Source: Zootoca vivipara
Taxonomy: Eukaryota
DNA length: 64,000 nt
Direction: 5' to 3'
NCBI RefSeq assembly: GCF_963506605.1
Contig: NC_083283.1
Span: forward strand, 6,944,001 to 7,008,000
Positions within the stretch are counted from its first letter, which is position 1. Each line of letters starts with the position of its first letter. Shown here one piece after another: positions 1-13,396 of this stretch. Below the pieces are notes generated by a model. The model ran no database searches, was not told where the DNA came from, and worked only from the letters and a program-made list of their open reading frames with translations. Both the position numbers and the translations under genes were made by a program.

Positions 1-720
1 GAGAAAGAAGAGGAGTGTAAGCAAGATGGCCATTATAAGCTTCCCCCGCTTACGCTCATGTGGTTTTAAGTAGACCTTCATGGAAAGGGTTACGGTGGAG
101 AAGGACATTAACAGGGTGCAGAGCAGGGCAATGGCAAGAAACTGGTAGGAGCTTAGAGAACAATATTTCCCAGTTAGCAAGAGCGTGATATGAATTCCAG
201 AAGACACGAAGGCAAGGATCCATATTGCGGCGCACACGATGACGGACAGGTGTATGTGCTTATGGAAGCGATACCAAATTGGGAAAAAGATGCACACGAA
301 CCTGTCAGTGCTGATAACCGTCAGTAGAAGCTGGCTAGCACTGTATGTGAATAGGAAGACAGTGTAAAACAACGACCTTAGAAGCTCGAAATCCAAGTAA
401 TGTGACTTACATACAATCCAATTCAAATCAATAGCAACTACAGCAGTGAGTACGCCAAAGTCAGCAATGGCGAGGTTCAGGATGTAGGTGCTGAAGTGAT
501 TCCTCTTGATGCGGAATGCCAGAAGCCAGATGACTGTCCCATTTCCCACAAATCCAAAAAGGCAGAGAAGCAAAGTGAAGGTGATCATGAAAAACATTTC
601 TAAAGAACTATCGGCACAGCTCCTTGGATCATAGCTGTTATTCGTTGGGATACTTTGCGTTCCATTGTGTTCTTTTCCAGCATCCAGCGGTGACAGGAGT
701 GACCGGCAGAAATTTGCCAT
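1..720 (-). CDS. MAS-related GPCR (MRGPR/MAS1-like), 3'-partial; runs off the left edge of the window
   Basis: Hand translation from ATG at 720: MANFCRSLLSPLDAGKEHNGT...LCLFGFVGNGTVIWLLAFRIKRNHFSTYILNLAIADFG...YSASQLLLTVISTDRFVCIFFPIWYRFHKHIHLSVIVCAAIW...KRGKLIMAILLTLLL. Open to position 1; absent from the ORF track because there is no stop in the window. Polypyrimidine+AG acceptor at 760-761. Confidence 0.93.
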   Translation of the reverse strand, partial: MANFCRSLLSPLDAGKEHNGTQSIPTNNSYDPRSCADSSLEMFFMITFTLLLCLFGFVGNGTVIWLLAFRIKRNHFSTYILNLAIADFGVLTAVVAIDLNWIVCKSHYLDFELLRSLFYTVFLFTYSASQLLLTVISTDRFVCIFFPIWYRFHKHIHLSVIVCAAIWILAFVSSGIHITLLLTGKYCSLSSYQFLAIALLCTLLMSFSTVTLSMKVYLKPHERKRGKLIMAILLTLLFFL

Positions 721-3700
721 CCTGATCAGTTTCTGCTTTGATATTCCTTCTGGTGTATCCTAGAAGAAAAGAGAAGAGTTGGATTTGTTTCTTGATTTGG
801 GGCTAAATGCATAATGATGCTGCTCAAGTTCTCAGCTGGGTCTTCTTTGCTCCCTGCTCTTGATCAACTTTAGAAGCCATTTAGATTATTTCAGGTCCAT
901 GTTATTTTCAGATCAGTTCATATTCATACTACACTGCTCCAGAGAAAATTTCTCAGGTGCAGAGCGATTGCAGAAGGAAGCACAAAAATTTTGAAACAAT
1001 AGAAATGAAAATACAGCTCCTTTCATTTAGAGAGTAATTCTACCCATAGGACTATTCAACTGATGGAACTCAAAGAGTAATTTTTAATGCACCAGAAATT
1101 GTGTTCAAGACCATCCAAATATGAAGACGCATGCTGTACTTGTAACTTTCATGGGGTTGGAAACATGGGAAGCTTTCATATTTGGAATATTCCTTGCTTG
1201 TATTGTCTATACTAGGTTGAATCCATATTAAATGAATTACAATTATTTTCCATTGAAATCAGTGGGACTTAAGTCATGGATTGGGTCAGCTAACTTGACT
1301 ACCACTCCAATTACCTGGGAATAAACTTATTTGAATTCATTGGAACTTGAAGTGGACATGGTGAGGATTGCATTGCGAGCTATTCCTTAACTCTAGCTTT
1401 CAGAAATTTCTTCCAACCAACTATTTTTTGCACATACTTTTTGACTAAAGCACACATTTCTGCATTTTATTCTCACTGATATCTTTATTTCAATCCACAA
1501 TTTCACTTAAATATATGTGTTAGTTTAAGCATTCTTCGGTTGAAGAACTGCATCACAAAATTCAGATAAGTGTGAATTTTGAAGGACAGTTCTATTTCAG
1601 TTCACTTATGGTTCCAGTAAGCGTTAATTTGATAGATTCAGCTTTAAATGCACAATGAATCAATTTCTCCCCCATTTCTAAGAATGAGGACTAAGAGGAT
1701 GGGCCAAAAGCGTTAGAGAAAATATTATCTTTGAATAGGATTCTAAGGAAGAGTAAATGAGGGCATGTTGGAACCACAGGAGAATTGACCATTAATAAAA
1801 GTTGTCATGCACAGAATGCCCTACCTTTACAAATCACAGCTGTTGGCTCACAACTGGGTATAGCTATACTTCTGATGTTCTCCTCCTTGATTTTCAGGAC
1901 CTCAAGCCATACATCTCCTTTCTGCTTCAAAAAAGTACTTTGCCAACTACAACATGCCCATGCACACTGAGCATACTACCTGGAGCTGGGAGGGTCAGGG
2001 ATGGGCTTTATGTTCAGACAGGGTGGGGCACATCATGATGAAATGTACAAGAAATCCATTGGTTGGTGCCTCAATAACCAAGGTCAGGGCTCTGCAACTT
2101 TCTGTGTGGGCAGAAAAAAATGCTTCTCAAATGTAAAGTCTCAAGGGAAGTTTGCACTTATCTTTGCAGGTGTTTAAAAGCATACTCCACCTCTCTAGGA
2201 AGAGCGTTGAGGTCATATTTATTACACTGATTTTGACCATCATTCCCTAACAAAGAAATGAATTTTGCTCGATCATATTATTCAATCCTATTCAATCAAA
2301 TTACACATTCTAAAAATCTCAGAGTAGACAAGGCCCCCTAAGACCCCCACATGTGCACCCGATAAACTGGCGATGACCCCTTTCCCTGTACTTACTACCT
2401 GGACATATTTTATTCATGGACAAAGGGTCCTTCCTGAGGTGCATCTGAAATTCTCCTTCTTCCAGAATAATGGAGTTCTGAATTGCCTTGTCTAGTTTCT
2501 TGTTTTTGATCTCTAAACTTCCCCCTCTATTTCCTGCACAGCTTGCTGTTCCTTTCAGTTACTTCATTCCATCCCCTCTCTATCAGCAAATCACGTAGGC
2601 CCATTGATTTAAAAAATGGTTGTATGGGGAGAAAACTGATCATATGAAGAAAATTGTGAGCATTTGAGAAGTATTGCTCTCCAAAGCAAACACCTATGCT
2701 TAAATGCTTGGAATAAGATAAGTACAGCCTTGACTCCCAAACGAAGCTGTGTTATCATGAGGCAAATTGCTGAATCATTCAGCCCAGTACTGTTTTTGGG
2801 GGAGCTGCTATCTAAGATCCTTTTAACTAGAGAGTGAACCCAGGAAATTATACTTGCCACATTTTTGCTCTATCATTGGATTAAGATCATTTTGCCCCCT
2901 TTGAACCACACACATTTCCTTTAGAACACCACGTCCCCTTTAGCATGCTTTGCCTAATAAACGGTTCTGAGTTACTGATATTTTCCTTCATACATTTTCA
3001 GAGGAAATGATTTTAATTCCACCATGTAGGTATTTCCTGACTTCTTTCTCCCATTAAATGTGCAGCACATAAATGAATTCATCTCTCCCCCGCCCCATTG
3101 TACTTTTGCAGAAGTCAGTTGCAGGAAGTTCTGTTCATGACTTCTGCTAAAGCTTTGTACGAGGCACAGAAAGAACTCTTGTTTGCCTTCCCGACTTCTC
3201 TTGAACCCCCCCCCCAAAAAAAACCCCAAACTCAACAAGTGAAGATTCGCAGCAACATTAAATAACACATGACAATGAAGACAGAACTAATTATTTTCCC
3301 CCTTTAATAAACACTACTGTTCTGAATTTTAGCAGTCATAGAATCATAGAATCAAAGATTTGTACAGTTGTAATCCCAAACCCAAAGGATCATCTTTTCA
3401 TCACTTGTTTCAAGTTCTCTGCACATTCGAGAGGAGATAAGGTTATGTTGATATCAAATAATGGATCACCATTATTTATATTGTATATTATTTATATCAC
3501 CACCAAAGGAACACAAGTAAACAACAAAGAACCCTCCCCCCACATATATTAAGTAAAATAGAAACATCGTCACCTGACCCCCATCTCCTCCCATCTACTT
3601 CTATCCCCCTCTTTCTTCCCAATGTCTCAACAAATGGAACCAATTTGTAAAAAAATGTTACGAGAGACATTGCATATTTTTCTGTAAATCAAGAAAATCT

Positions 3701-3761
3701 TAAATAAATAAATAAATAATAGGATGGAACCAAACTTTGAAGATATAACCACTGACTAATC

Positions 3762-3882
3762 ATGCTACCAACATGAGTCTGACCAAACTGCGGGAGGCAG
3801 TGGAAGACAGGAGTGCCTGGCGTGCTCTGGTCCATGGGGTCACAAAGAGTCGGACACGACTAAACAACAAAACAACAACAAA
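3762..3882 (+). mobile_element. BovB (RTE) LINE 3' end fragment
   Basis: ...CTGGCGTGCTCTGGTCCATGGGGTCACAAAGAGTCGGACACGACTAAAC(AAC)n tail; matches the copy at 63433. Confidence 0.85.
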
Positions 3883-3992
3883 AAATGGATACAATAAATA
3901 AATAAATCACACAGCCATCTTGGTTGAAGGCCATCACTGCCTCATGTGGAACTTGGATGTGAGGCTGAGGAAGGGTGAAGCTCTCTCAGGTG

Positions 3993-4080
3993 AGAAGAAG
4001 AAGAAGAAGAAGAAGAAGAAGAAGAAGAAGAAGAAGAAGAAGAAGAGGAGGAGGAGGAGGAGGAGGAGGAGGAGGAGGAG
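3993..4080. repeat. (GAA)n(GAG)n compound microsatellite, tail of the adjacent SINE
   Basis: Direct reading. Confidence 0.95.
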
Positions 4081-4082
4081 AA

Positions 4083-4318
4083 ATTTGTATTTGATATCCC
4101 ATTTTATCACTACCTGAAGGAGTCTCAAAGCAGCTACCAATCTCCTTTCCCCTCCTCCCCCACAACAGACACCCTGTGAGGTGGGTGGGGCTGAGAGACT
4201 TCAGAGAAGTGTGACTACCCCAAGGTCACCCAGCAGCTGCATGTGGAGGAGCGGAGACGCGAACCCAGTCCCCCAGATTAAGAGTCTACCGCTCTTAACC
4301 ACGGCACCACACTGGCTC
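4083..4318 (-). mobile_element. tRNA-derived CORE-type SINE (Squam3-like)
   Basis: Minus strand begins AGCCAGTGTGGTGCCGTGGTTAAGAGC (A box), then GGTTCGCGTC (B box) and GCTGGGTGACCTTGGG (CORE-like); simple-repeat tail. Confidence 0.75.
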
Positions 4319-5157
4319 TCGGAGTCTAGAAGGAGTCAAGCCTCTGTATATGGATTGGCGATTAAGATAAAATGGTGATAAAGGCATACCTATACTTATA
4401 TAGAATTTTGTGTTTTATTAGGACCTTTATTTTATTTTATTTTATTCTTTCTTTTTATTCTTTCTTTTTTATATTCCTTTCCAGACTAGTTTGGTTCTTT
4501 GTTGTATAGTAAGTTGAAAACCTTCAATAACCTTTAAAATAAATAAATAAAATATGCCTCACAAAGAATACCCTATCTTTTTCAGTAACTGTGTTTGCTG
4601 ACAAGTGGGAGTAGACAAGAGTCAGATTTTCTCCTCCTAGAATGTAGGATCTTGAGTCGTACGTCCCCTCTCTTCTTCCCAAAGGACTTGTTTCCATCCA
4701 GAACTGAGCACACAAGCTTGGGTAGAGGATTTCGGGAAGAGGCTTTATGCATTTACATCATGATGAAGGTGCAAATAATTGTTATATGTCCACTTAGCAA
4801 AGCCAGGGCTCTTTTGCTTTTCCTGGGTGCTCCAGAAATTTCCTGTCACAGGAGAAATTGCTTCCCAAAGTCTCAAGAGTGGTGTGTGCTTTATACATGC
4901 ACTTCATTCAAAGTGCTTTCCAGCACTTTGTGTAATTTGAACATAGTGCTCTTAGCACATAGATCTGATCTCTGGGCTCTGCAAAACACATATTTTCCGT
5001 AGAAAGCTCAATCATACAAATGCCCACTTTTTAACTCTGATGGCACAGAAGAGAAATGAACCACAAATTTGACCATCAAGAGATGGGCAGAACTAGAACT
5101 ACAGTCCTTTAACACTCTCGGTTTAATGGTAGCATTAGGGATCTACATTATTATATT

Positions 5158-5271
5158 TGTTGTTGTTGTTGTTTAGTCATTTAGTCGTGTCCAACTCTTT
5201 GTGACCCCATGGACCATAGAACGCCAGGCACACCTGTCTTCCACTGCCTCCTGCAGTTTGGTCAAACTCAT
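5158..5271 (-). mobile_element. BovB LINE 3' end fragment
   Basis: Reverse complement of the 3762-3882 sequence, with a (TTG)n tail. Confidence 0.8.
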
Positions 5272-5668
5272 CATTATAACTCATCAAACTACATCATTAT
5301 ATTAGGATTATTATTAATTTCATTTCTATACTGCTTTATATTTTTAAGGGGGAAAATATCTAAGTGGTTTCTAACCCACATTAAAATGCTCCAGCATAGG
5401 TCCAGTGGGCGGGGGGCACTTCGATGGTGCACCCCACCCCGGGCACCATCGAGGAACGTTTCACCACTACAACTGGGCAAAGGAAATTTATTCTTCATGC
5501 CCAAAGATTGATATTGATGCACTGGAAAGAGAAATGTATGTCTCTCTTTAGTGAATGGATTGCATATATGACAACATTTGCTTATGAACTTATGAATGGA
5601 TTGTTTACAGACATAGATTTTGTACGGACAACTATAATGTTATTTGGAATGCATTTATTAAAAATATA

Positions 5669-6018
5669 AGGTAAAGGGGGACCCCTGACCATTAGGTCCA
5701 GTCGTGACCGACTCTGGGGTTGCGCGCTCATCTCGCATTATTGGCCGAGGGAGCCGGCGTATAGCTTCCAGGTCATGTGGCCAGCATGACAAAGCCGCTT
5801 CTGGCAAACCAGAGCAGCACATGGAAACACCGTTTACCTTCCCGCTGTAGCGGTTCCTATTTATCTACTTGCATTTTGACGTGCTTTCGAACTGCTAGGT
5901 TGGCAGGAGCTGGGACCAAGCAACGGGAGCTCACTCCGTCACAGGGATTCGAACCGCCGACCTTCTGATCAGCAAGCCCTAGGCTCAGTGGTTTAACCAC
6001 AGCGCCACCTGGGTCCCC
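5669..6018 (-). mobile_element. Sauria SINE (Squam1-type), full length
   Basis: tRNA-like head GGGACCCAGGTGGCGCTGTGGTTAAACC...GGTTCGAATCC, tail (ACCTT); 12-bp TSD ATTAAAAATATA at 5657-5668 and 6020-6031. Confidence 0.9.
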
Positions 6019-6350
6019 AATTAAAAATATAGTTGGTTATAAAGAACCACATATATATTTGGATCACAATAAAACATATACCTATACACCAGACAGACAT
6101 ATATGAAATCTTAATTTGCATGCATGCATGCATGATGAAATAATTTTACTATGTATCCTCCACCTTTCTGTCTCCCTGGTCGCTGAAATTCTCATCTCTA
6201 CACCTGCTTGCTCATGTGTGCTCCCTCTTGACTCTCTCAATAGATGCAGCCAACTGCCTTTTAATTCCTCAGCTGTGTGCGTTGCTCACTTCTGCATGCA
6301 TTGCTACCGTAGGAGAGAAGGATCCCTGCTTTCTGATAGGCTAATCAATC

Positions 6351-6507
6351 NNNNNNNNNNNNNNNNNNNNNNNNNNNNNNNNNNNNNNNNNNNNNNNNNN
6401 NNNNNNNNNNNNNNNNNNNNNNNNNNNNNNNNNNNNNNNNNNNNNNNNNNNNNNNNNNNNNNNNNNNNNNNNNNNNNNNNNNNNNNNNNNNNNNNNNNNN
6501 NNNNNNN
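6351..6507. other. Assembly gap (N run)
   Basis: Ns. Confidence 1.
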
Positions 6508-7888
6508 TTCAAATTCATTTACAGTGCTTTGGCTGTTCCTGTTGACCAAGGAACTCATAATATTCTGAGTTCTTATTTTGGAATAAGATACATACATGAG
6601 GCATCTATGGATGGACAATTATCATTAGCCATGATGGGTGAGTGGTTTTGCCTATATAATTTCACATTTGGGTGCTATCTACATTTGTTATTTTTATTAT
6701 GTAGTAAAATTGTCTCATCTTTTTTTTAAAAAAAAAAAATCGCAAGTGTTGTTACTGGAGGTGTTCTGCAATTTATCTTTCCACTGCTTATTGTTTAGAA
6801 ATTATTTTTTGATATTTTAAACATAGGTTACACTGGGGATATGTGTGTGGTCCTGACATGCAATTAGGACCACTGAAGAAGACTTGAAGGTCAAAACATG
6901 TTTGGCCATGTTTAGATGCTCCTTAGTTATTCAGGTCATTTGGGGGGGGGCAATCCTATTGCAAGGTCTTCAGAAATAAGCAGCTGAGGAGGCAATGGAT
7001 CTCTTCGTTCCCAACCCCAGGTCAGCTGAAGATATGCCAGTGTAACTTTTTTATTCTAGTTTTGCCAAGGCACTGCCAACGAAGCAAAAGGTGGCATAGC
7101 AGAGATCAGTATAAGTTCACCCAAAGGAGCATTCTGAGGGTTTGATGGAGACAGGACCAGTTTTGAAAGACATAGGATAGCTCCTAAGCCCATTCAGCTT
7201 GGTCCCATGGCACAGAAACCCAAAATAGAATACAAATTCTAAACGCTTGTTTTCCCTCCGCCAGACTAGTTAAGGCAGAGTTCCAGCAGCAGCTGAATGG
7301 GCTGCAGATCTCACATAATTTTACACTTCTCGGCATAGGATTTATTCCTTCAAATTTAACTGTTAATCTTTTTTATTAGCATTTGTTATATACGAATATG
7401 TATAATAGATTTTTGGCTATCTGTGTTTCATATGCACCCTAGATTTGTAAAGCATGGCTTTCAAACTGTTTGGGTTTCTTTACAAATACATAAATTGAGT
7501 AAAACTGGAGAAAAAAATGGCAGAGCACACATTCTGGCAGCAAATCACTGAGCCTGCTTAGATTTTCAGGGGGCTGTAACACCCATGTACAGTATGCTAT
7601 TAGCTTGCAACTCCAGGTTTAGCACACACACACTCTCTCTCCCTCTCCCCCAACTTGTTTCTTCCATTCTCCCAGCAAACAGCAGATCTTTATAAAAATC
7701 ATCCTTTGCTTGAGGCAGGGGGAGGTATGTTCCCAATCTCAAGAAATATACAGCTGTTTCTTGGCTGCTGAAAATGTAACTGGCTTATTTAGAAGGATGT
7801 TTTTTGTTCAATCTCCTAACCTCTGCTCTGCTGCTGCAACTGTAACCTAATTCTCTTATGTATTGACAGAATGTACCTGGATGTCTCA

Positions 7889-8223
7889 GGACGTGGGTGG
7901 CGCTGTGCCGATCGGAAGGTGGGCGGTTTGAATCCCCGCGACGGGGTGAGCTCCTATTGTTGCTCAGTCCCTGCTCCTGCCAACATAGCAGCTCGAAAGC
8001 ATGTCAAAGTGCAAGTAGATAAATAGGTACTGCTCTGATGGGAAGGTAAACGACATTTCCATGCGCTGCTCTGGTTCACCAGAAGTGGCTTAGTCATGCT
8101 GGCCACATGACTCGGAAGCTGTACGCTGGCTCCCTTGGCCAATAAAGTGAGATGAGCGCCGCAACCCCAGAGTTGTCTGTGACTGGACCTAATGGTCAGG
8201 GGTCCCTTTACCTTTACCTTTTT
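7889..8223 (+). mobile_element. Sauria SINE (Squam1-type) with a deletion in the tRNA head
   Basis: Same family as 5669-6018; (ACCTTT)n tail; TSD TACCTGGATGT(C/A)TCA at 7874-7888 and 8223-8237. Confidence 0.88.
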
Positions 8224-8338
8224 ACCTGGATGTATCACCTGAGGTACTGCCATAACATATTCAACGTTTGCTTGGCATTCAAAAATGGTGCTGTCTCTGT
8301 ACGTCTCTGAAAACTTGCTTCTTGTGTTCTTTCAGCAA

Positions 8339-8723
8339 ATAACAACAATAACAACAACAACAGCAACAACAACAGCAACAACAATTTATCATTTACACCC
8401 CGCCCATCTAGCTGGGCTTCTTCAGCCACTTTGGGTGGCTTCCAACAAAATATTAGAATACAATAGTCCTTCAGATATTAAAAGCTTCCCTAAACAGGGC
8501 TGCCTTCAGATGTCTCCTAAAAGTCTGGTAGTTGTTTTTTCCCTTTGATATCTGATGGGAGGGTCTTCCACAGGGTGGATGCCACTACTGAGAAGGTCCT
8601 CTGCCTGGTTCCCTGTAACCTTGCTTCTCGCAGTGAGGGAACTGCCAGAAGGACCTCGGAGCTAGACCTCAGTGTCCGGGAAGAACGATGGGAGTGGAGA
8701 CGCTTCTTCAGGTATACTGGACC
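8339..8723 (-). mobile_element. L2-clade LINE 3' fragment with (TTG)n tail
   Basis: Near-identical to 17790-18120; encodes GPVYLK..TLRSSSEVLLAVPSLREARLQGTRQRTFSVVA. Confidence 0.85.
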
Positions 8724-9560
8724 CGAGCGACTAGAAGCAAGGCTGTTCCCATCACAGGCCTCCGTAAACCACCCTTCAGACATTAGCATGTGAAGTTGGC
8801 TTAAGGAGGCGCCCCTTGTGATTTAATCAGACTGTTGGTCAGTCTAACCTTGCATCTGTCTCCTTTCTTCAGAGCAGCAGTGATTCCCAGGTGTACCAAC
8901 CATCCTTTTCAAGCTAGCCTCCTCAATATTCAGCAACTTGGAATTAATCTGGGACATTCTCCATGCAAAGGCTGTATCCTGCTAATGAGCTATTGGATTT
9001 CCCCTTTTTTCACATGCCTGAGATGAAGAACAGATCAGCAATCTTCGTAAAGGATGATGAGAAGTCAAAAGTGTGGAACAATATCCTGTGATGAAAATGC
9101 AGGGGGTTGGGAGGACATGCAGAAATATCTCTGTACACCTCAAGTCCCAAGCAGGAGAGGGAATTGGGTTGTTTTTGAAACTCACAGCAAGATGTAGAAT
9201 GGAAAGTCCCACCCACCCTTCATCATGACTTTATCAGCTGCCAGATTCATACCACAAGAGGAAAACACTCCTTTTCTGGTCAACAAGATAACAATCTATG
9301 AATTGAGGAGGGAGAGACCCTTCCTGCTGGAAATACAGGTACTGGGAGGCAAATCCTTGTGCACCTCAAGTCCAAGAGGGGAGAGAAATTGTCTTGTTTT
9401 TATAGCTCACTGCAAGATGTAGAACAGCCCGCCCACCCTTCATCAAAGTTTTATCAGTTGCCAGCTTCATATCACAAGAAGAAAGTGTTATTTTTTGGTC
9501 ATCAAGATAATTTTCTGTGAACTTAAGAGGAGGAGACTATTCTTGTGAAAGGCTCTATAT

Positions 9561-9833
9561 CAGGGGTCAGCAAACTTTTTCAGCAGAGGGCCGGTCCACT
9601 GTCCCTCAGACCTTGTGGGGGGCCGGACTATATTTTGGAGAAAAAAAAATGAATGAATTCCTGTGCCCCACAAATAACCCAGAGATGCATTTTAAATAAA
9701 AAGGACACATTCTACTCATGTAAAAACACCAGGCAGGCCCCACAAATAACCCAGAGATGCATTTTAAATAAAAGGACACATTCTACTCATGTAAAAAAAA
9801 TGGTGATTCCCGTACTGTCCGCGGGCCGGATTT
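9561..9833 (+). mobile_element. Truncated non-autonomous hAT-like DNA transposon with an internal ~70-bp tandem duplication
   Basis: Starts CAGGGGTCAGCAAACT (hAT-type terminus); CCCCACAAATAACCCAGAGATGCATTTTAAATAAAA...CATGTAAAA occurs twice (9666, 9738). Confidence 0.6.
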
Positions 9834-9844
9834 AGTTTGAAGCA

Positions 9845-9846
<2 letters not shown>

Positions 9847-9886
<40 letters not shown>
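9847..9886. repeat. (CA)n microsatellite
   Basis: Direct reading. Confidence 0.95.
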
Positions 9887-9890
<4 letters not shown>

Positions 9891-11307
9891 TCCTCTTGGC
9901 TGTATTTCTTAACCAGTTCCTGAATAAAAAAGAGCCTCTCCTTTTATTTTATGGCTGCTAATCAAACACAGTAAGCTTTATTGAGATACTTTGCCTCTTC
10001 TTCTCATCCACACCTTGACAGTCCCAGGTTGTTTTCGGCAGCCGAACCTGGTTCCTCCCAATTTAACCTGGTACACTTCGGGATTTGGGCTTCAGCTAAA
10101 TCCATTGCACAGCCCTAATGAATATGCATTGAAAGGTGAAAACAAAATCCTGTGCTTCAGAGCTCAGATTTCAAGCCATACAGTATATTATTGCCAGACA
10201 ATAGCTTGGAGGCTATTGCATTTGTGAAGGGCAAAATTTCTCCTGATAATGTATGAGAGGAAAGTTCTTCTCCACTTAAGCACCTTTCTAGAATACCAAC
10301 AAACTTACCCATGAATGGGGTGCCACTTAAAAGAATGGTAAATTTCATCCTGAGGTGGCGTCTGTGTCCCACCCTTGATGTCTGAAACATGTCTGAAACA
10401 TTCTCTCTCCAGGTTGGGGAGCTCAGAGGTCTTTTTCATCCAGATAAGAGATTGCAGCTGTGATAAAGTTGCAAATGTTTGGATTGGAATAAGGAAGGGC
10501 ATACTCTGTCATGATATTTTAAAAGGGTAATTCTCCTGATTTGTGATGCTCTCTCTCCTCCTACATAGGCAATCTTTCGTTTCCAAGACATAATGTTTCC
10601 ATAAAAGCAACATGTTTTCTGATTAGACATCATAGCTCTGGTGAAGCTGATAGTTGTATGCTCGTTACTCAGATATATTAGAACGACCAGCTTTTGCTTT
10701 ACAGTCTACAGGGTTGTCCATAGCTAGGAGGTTGCAGGGGCGACGACTCAGTCTTCTTGAACAGGTCCACCCCACCCATGAGGTGAGGTGAGGTAAGGCA
10801 GTAGCCTCACAGGGAGGCAGGGTTGGGGGTCAGCTAGGAGAGGTGGCAGATCTGGCTTCCATGGAGCATGCCGTTTTCTGCCTCCTGCACTCTTCAACCA
10901 ACTACTCCTCCTCCACTCCATGTCCACCATCCACCAGTCTATCGTCACACATCTTCAACACACTCATTGCTGCCAGGCATGCGGAGGAGGGGGGGGGACA
11001 GGGGACGGTGGTTTTGCAGCTTTAAGAAGTGTTGTGCTGTTTTTCACCACAGATGTTTCAATAATCCATATTTAAATGAGGATAAGAAGAGAGCCCAAGT
11101 GTCCTGTTTAACAGAGAGTTAAATATAATTGTTTAATTCACATTGAAAAGAAGAATTCCTGTGTGTGTTACTGAAGGCTTTAACATGGGGATTTTTCATG
11201 GGGCTATGTTAAGTTCTCTGAGCTTTGAGATGGGTTGATAATTAGCTCTTCTTTTACTTTTTATGATACACATTTTTCAATATACCAGATTTGAAGAAGA
11301 TTCAATA

Positions 11308-11452
11308 NNNNNNNNNNNNNNNNNNNNNNNNNNNNNNNNNNNNNNNNNNNNNNNNNNNNNNNNNNNNNNNNNNNNNNNNNNNNNNNNNNNNNNNNNNNNN
11401 NNNNNNNNNNNNNNNNNNNNNNNNNNNNNNNNNNNNNNNNNNNNNNNNNNNN
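11308..11452. other. Assembly gap (N run)
   Basis: Ns. Confidence 1.
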
Positions 11453-11587
11453 GCCCAACCAGAAGAGTGCCTCAACTATGGAAGCAGAAGGTGGTGGAAA
11501 TCATGACCAAACACACTGAATATATATATCACTACAGCCATCCAAAGACAACTGACCACACCCTAGGCCACCCCAAACTCTCTCACC

Positions 11588-11895
11588 ACCAGTAGTGGAG
11601 CAAGCCGATTGGGTGCCTGGGGCGGCGCGCGTGCCTTGTGCCTAGGGGCAGGATGCTCCATGGGGCCTCTGACGAGTCTGCCTGCCTCCTCCCACTCAGC
11701 CGCCCTACAGCTGAGGGGGAGGCGGCGGGCAGACCATTTGGGGCAGCATGGAGCCTGCGGGCGCCCAAACAACTGTGTCACTCCCAGGAGAGATGCATGG
11801 CTCAGGTGTGCTGAAGGCCCCACAGTGAGTGCCACATGCCATTTTGTCACCCTCCAGTGGTAACACCCAGTGCATCCTGCCCCCTTCCTCCACCC
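11588..11895 (+). mobile_element. GC-rich putative non-autonomous DNA transposon (Harbinger-like); related inverted copy at 20041-20231
   Basis: Abrupt GC-rich island starting ACCAGTAGTGGAGCAAG; 20041-20231 ends with the similar reverse complement CTCCACTCCTGGT. Family assignment is tentative. Confidence 0.35.
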
Positions 11896-13396
11896 CTTCT
11901 CACCATGAAGGAAATATAACAAGCAAATAGAAATAGAACCCACACAACTGATGCTGGCACAAAACTCCGCACATACACTAAGTGTAAGCATTGCCACCCC
12001 AAGCCCTCTTTTCTTCCCAACCTAATACTGCATGCAACACTAAAGTCTCACAACAAATGTAACTGATCTGTAGAAAACACAACTTGAAAAAAGAGTTAAT
12101 GCACACATTTTTTGTAAACTAATAAATCTTTAATAAACATTATTTTTTATAATCTATTTTTATTAATTTTCCAATTAAAACACAATTATATCACATCCAT
12201 TATTCCAAATCCATATCAATTAAACGGAATATTAAGCCAAATCAAATAATTTTTTTTGGGAGTTCCCATGCTTCAAAAATTGGGGATTCCTCGCAACTGT
12301 CCACTGCCGTCTTTATTCTAAAGTCCAAATAGTCACTCAAAGTCCGTAATAATCCCGATCTTTCCCCTACAGTCACTGAGATGTTTTCTTCTTTCATCCA
12401 ATTTTTTTCCACATAATAAACATTATTAACAACAACAACACCTACCCACACTATGGACTTCAGTGTGGGTTGCATGCAGCTGGGTAGCATGCACTGGAAA
12501 AATCAGAATTAAATTGGAGCAAGAGTAGTTTGCCACTTGGGTGGGGATAACAACATGTGGACAATGCAAATACTGTACTGTATACACACCCATCCATTGT
12601 CTATCAACAGCTCGTATTCTCCCAGGACACACTTCATAGGGGCTAGACTTTTCATGCAGTTATTTTCCTTTATTTTTAAATTTTTCTTAATACCTGTCAT
12701 AGAACATTAATCATACACATAAGTCTCCCAGCTGGAACAATAGAACTAACAACAAGAAATTTGGTAGATAAGGAACTTTTTGAACATTCCATGGAAGCAA
12801 TGGGAGGAAGGAAGATTTTGGTTTGTTTTTTCCCCATGATTGGTTGATTTGGCAGGGACTTACCATTTTCTGGGAGATTTTTCTTCTGCACCTTTATATG
12901 GTTAATATTTTAAATTTGCAATCAACTGTCCTCATTATTCCTCAAATCCATTAAATCTATCTCAATATTAGGAGAAAATAAACATTATACATATCATGTA
13001 TTCTCTTTAAAATCTTATGTAACTTTTCCTCTGTTGCTTAACATGTTGCATAGATGACTATACTGTACAATGTAGTAACACAGTCTTCATACTTTTGATC
13101 GGAAGATCCATGTACGAACTGCAGGGAAGGTATTAGAAAGGGCTTTCTTCTAGGTCAGGTTTCATCCATTATTGTTATAATTGAAGCAATAGGTGCAAAT
13201 AGTCTTATATTTCTTTCTTCAGTGTCCCTAGTAGCTTAGTGGTAAATGATCATCTATGATACTGCAATGCTTTTCATGCTATTTTGTAAAAGCATGATAC
13301 TATTTTGTATCATACTTTTCAATACTTACATTTTTTGTCCGTTCTTTTTACTAAACTTTTACTCAACTTGTGAGGTGGATCTTGATTTTTGGTCAA

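Noticed and set aside
3920-4140. Poly-K/R and poly-L/F ORFs
   Set aside because: They are translations of a (GAA)n(GAG)n microsatellite.
5421-5452. 10-bp inverted repeat TCGATGGTGC/GCACCATCGA
   Set aside because: Short, single, and next to a degenerate LINE-like fragment; no functional support.
5940-6018. tRNA-like sequence (also 4250-4318 and 24300-24350)
   Set aside because: These are SINE heads with A/B boxes, not complete tRNA cloverleaves.
6868-6915. Hammerhead-like CTGAAGAAGAC..GTCAAAACATG..CATGTT
   Set aside because: GAAA is mutated to AAAA and no convincing stem I forms; at best a dead Penelope relic.
9660-9800. Direct repeats resembling a CRISPR-like array
   Set aside because: Only two units inside a DNA-transposon fragment in a vertebrate genome; no cas genes.
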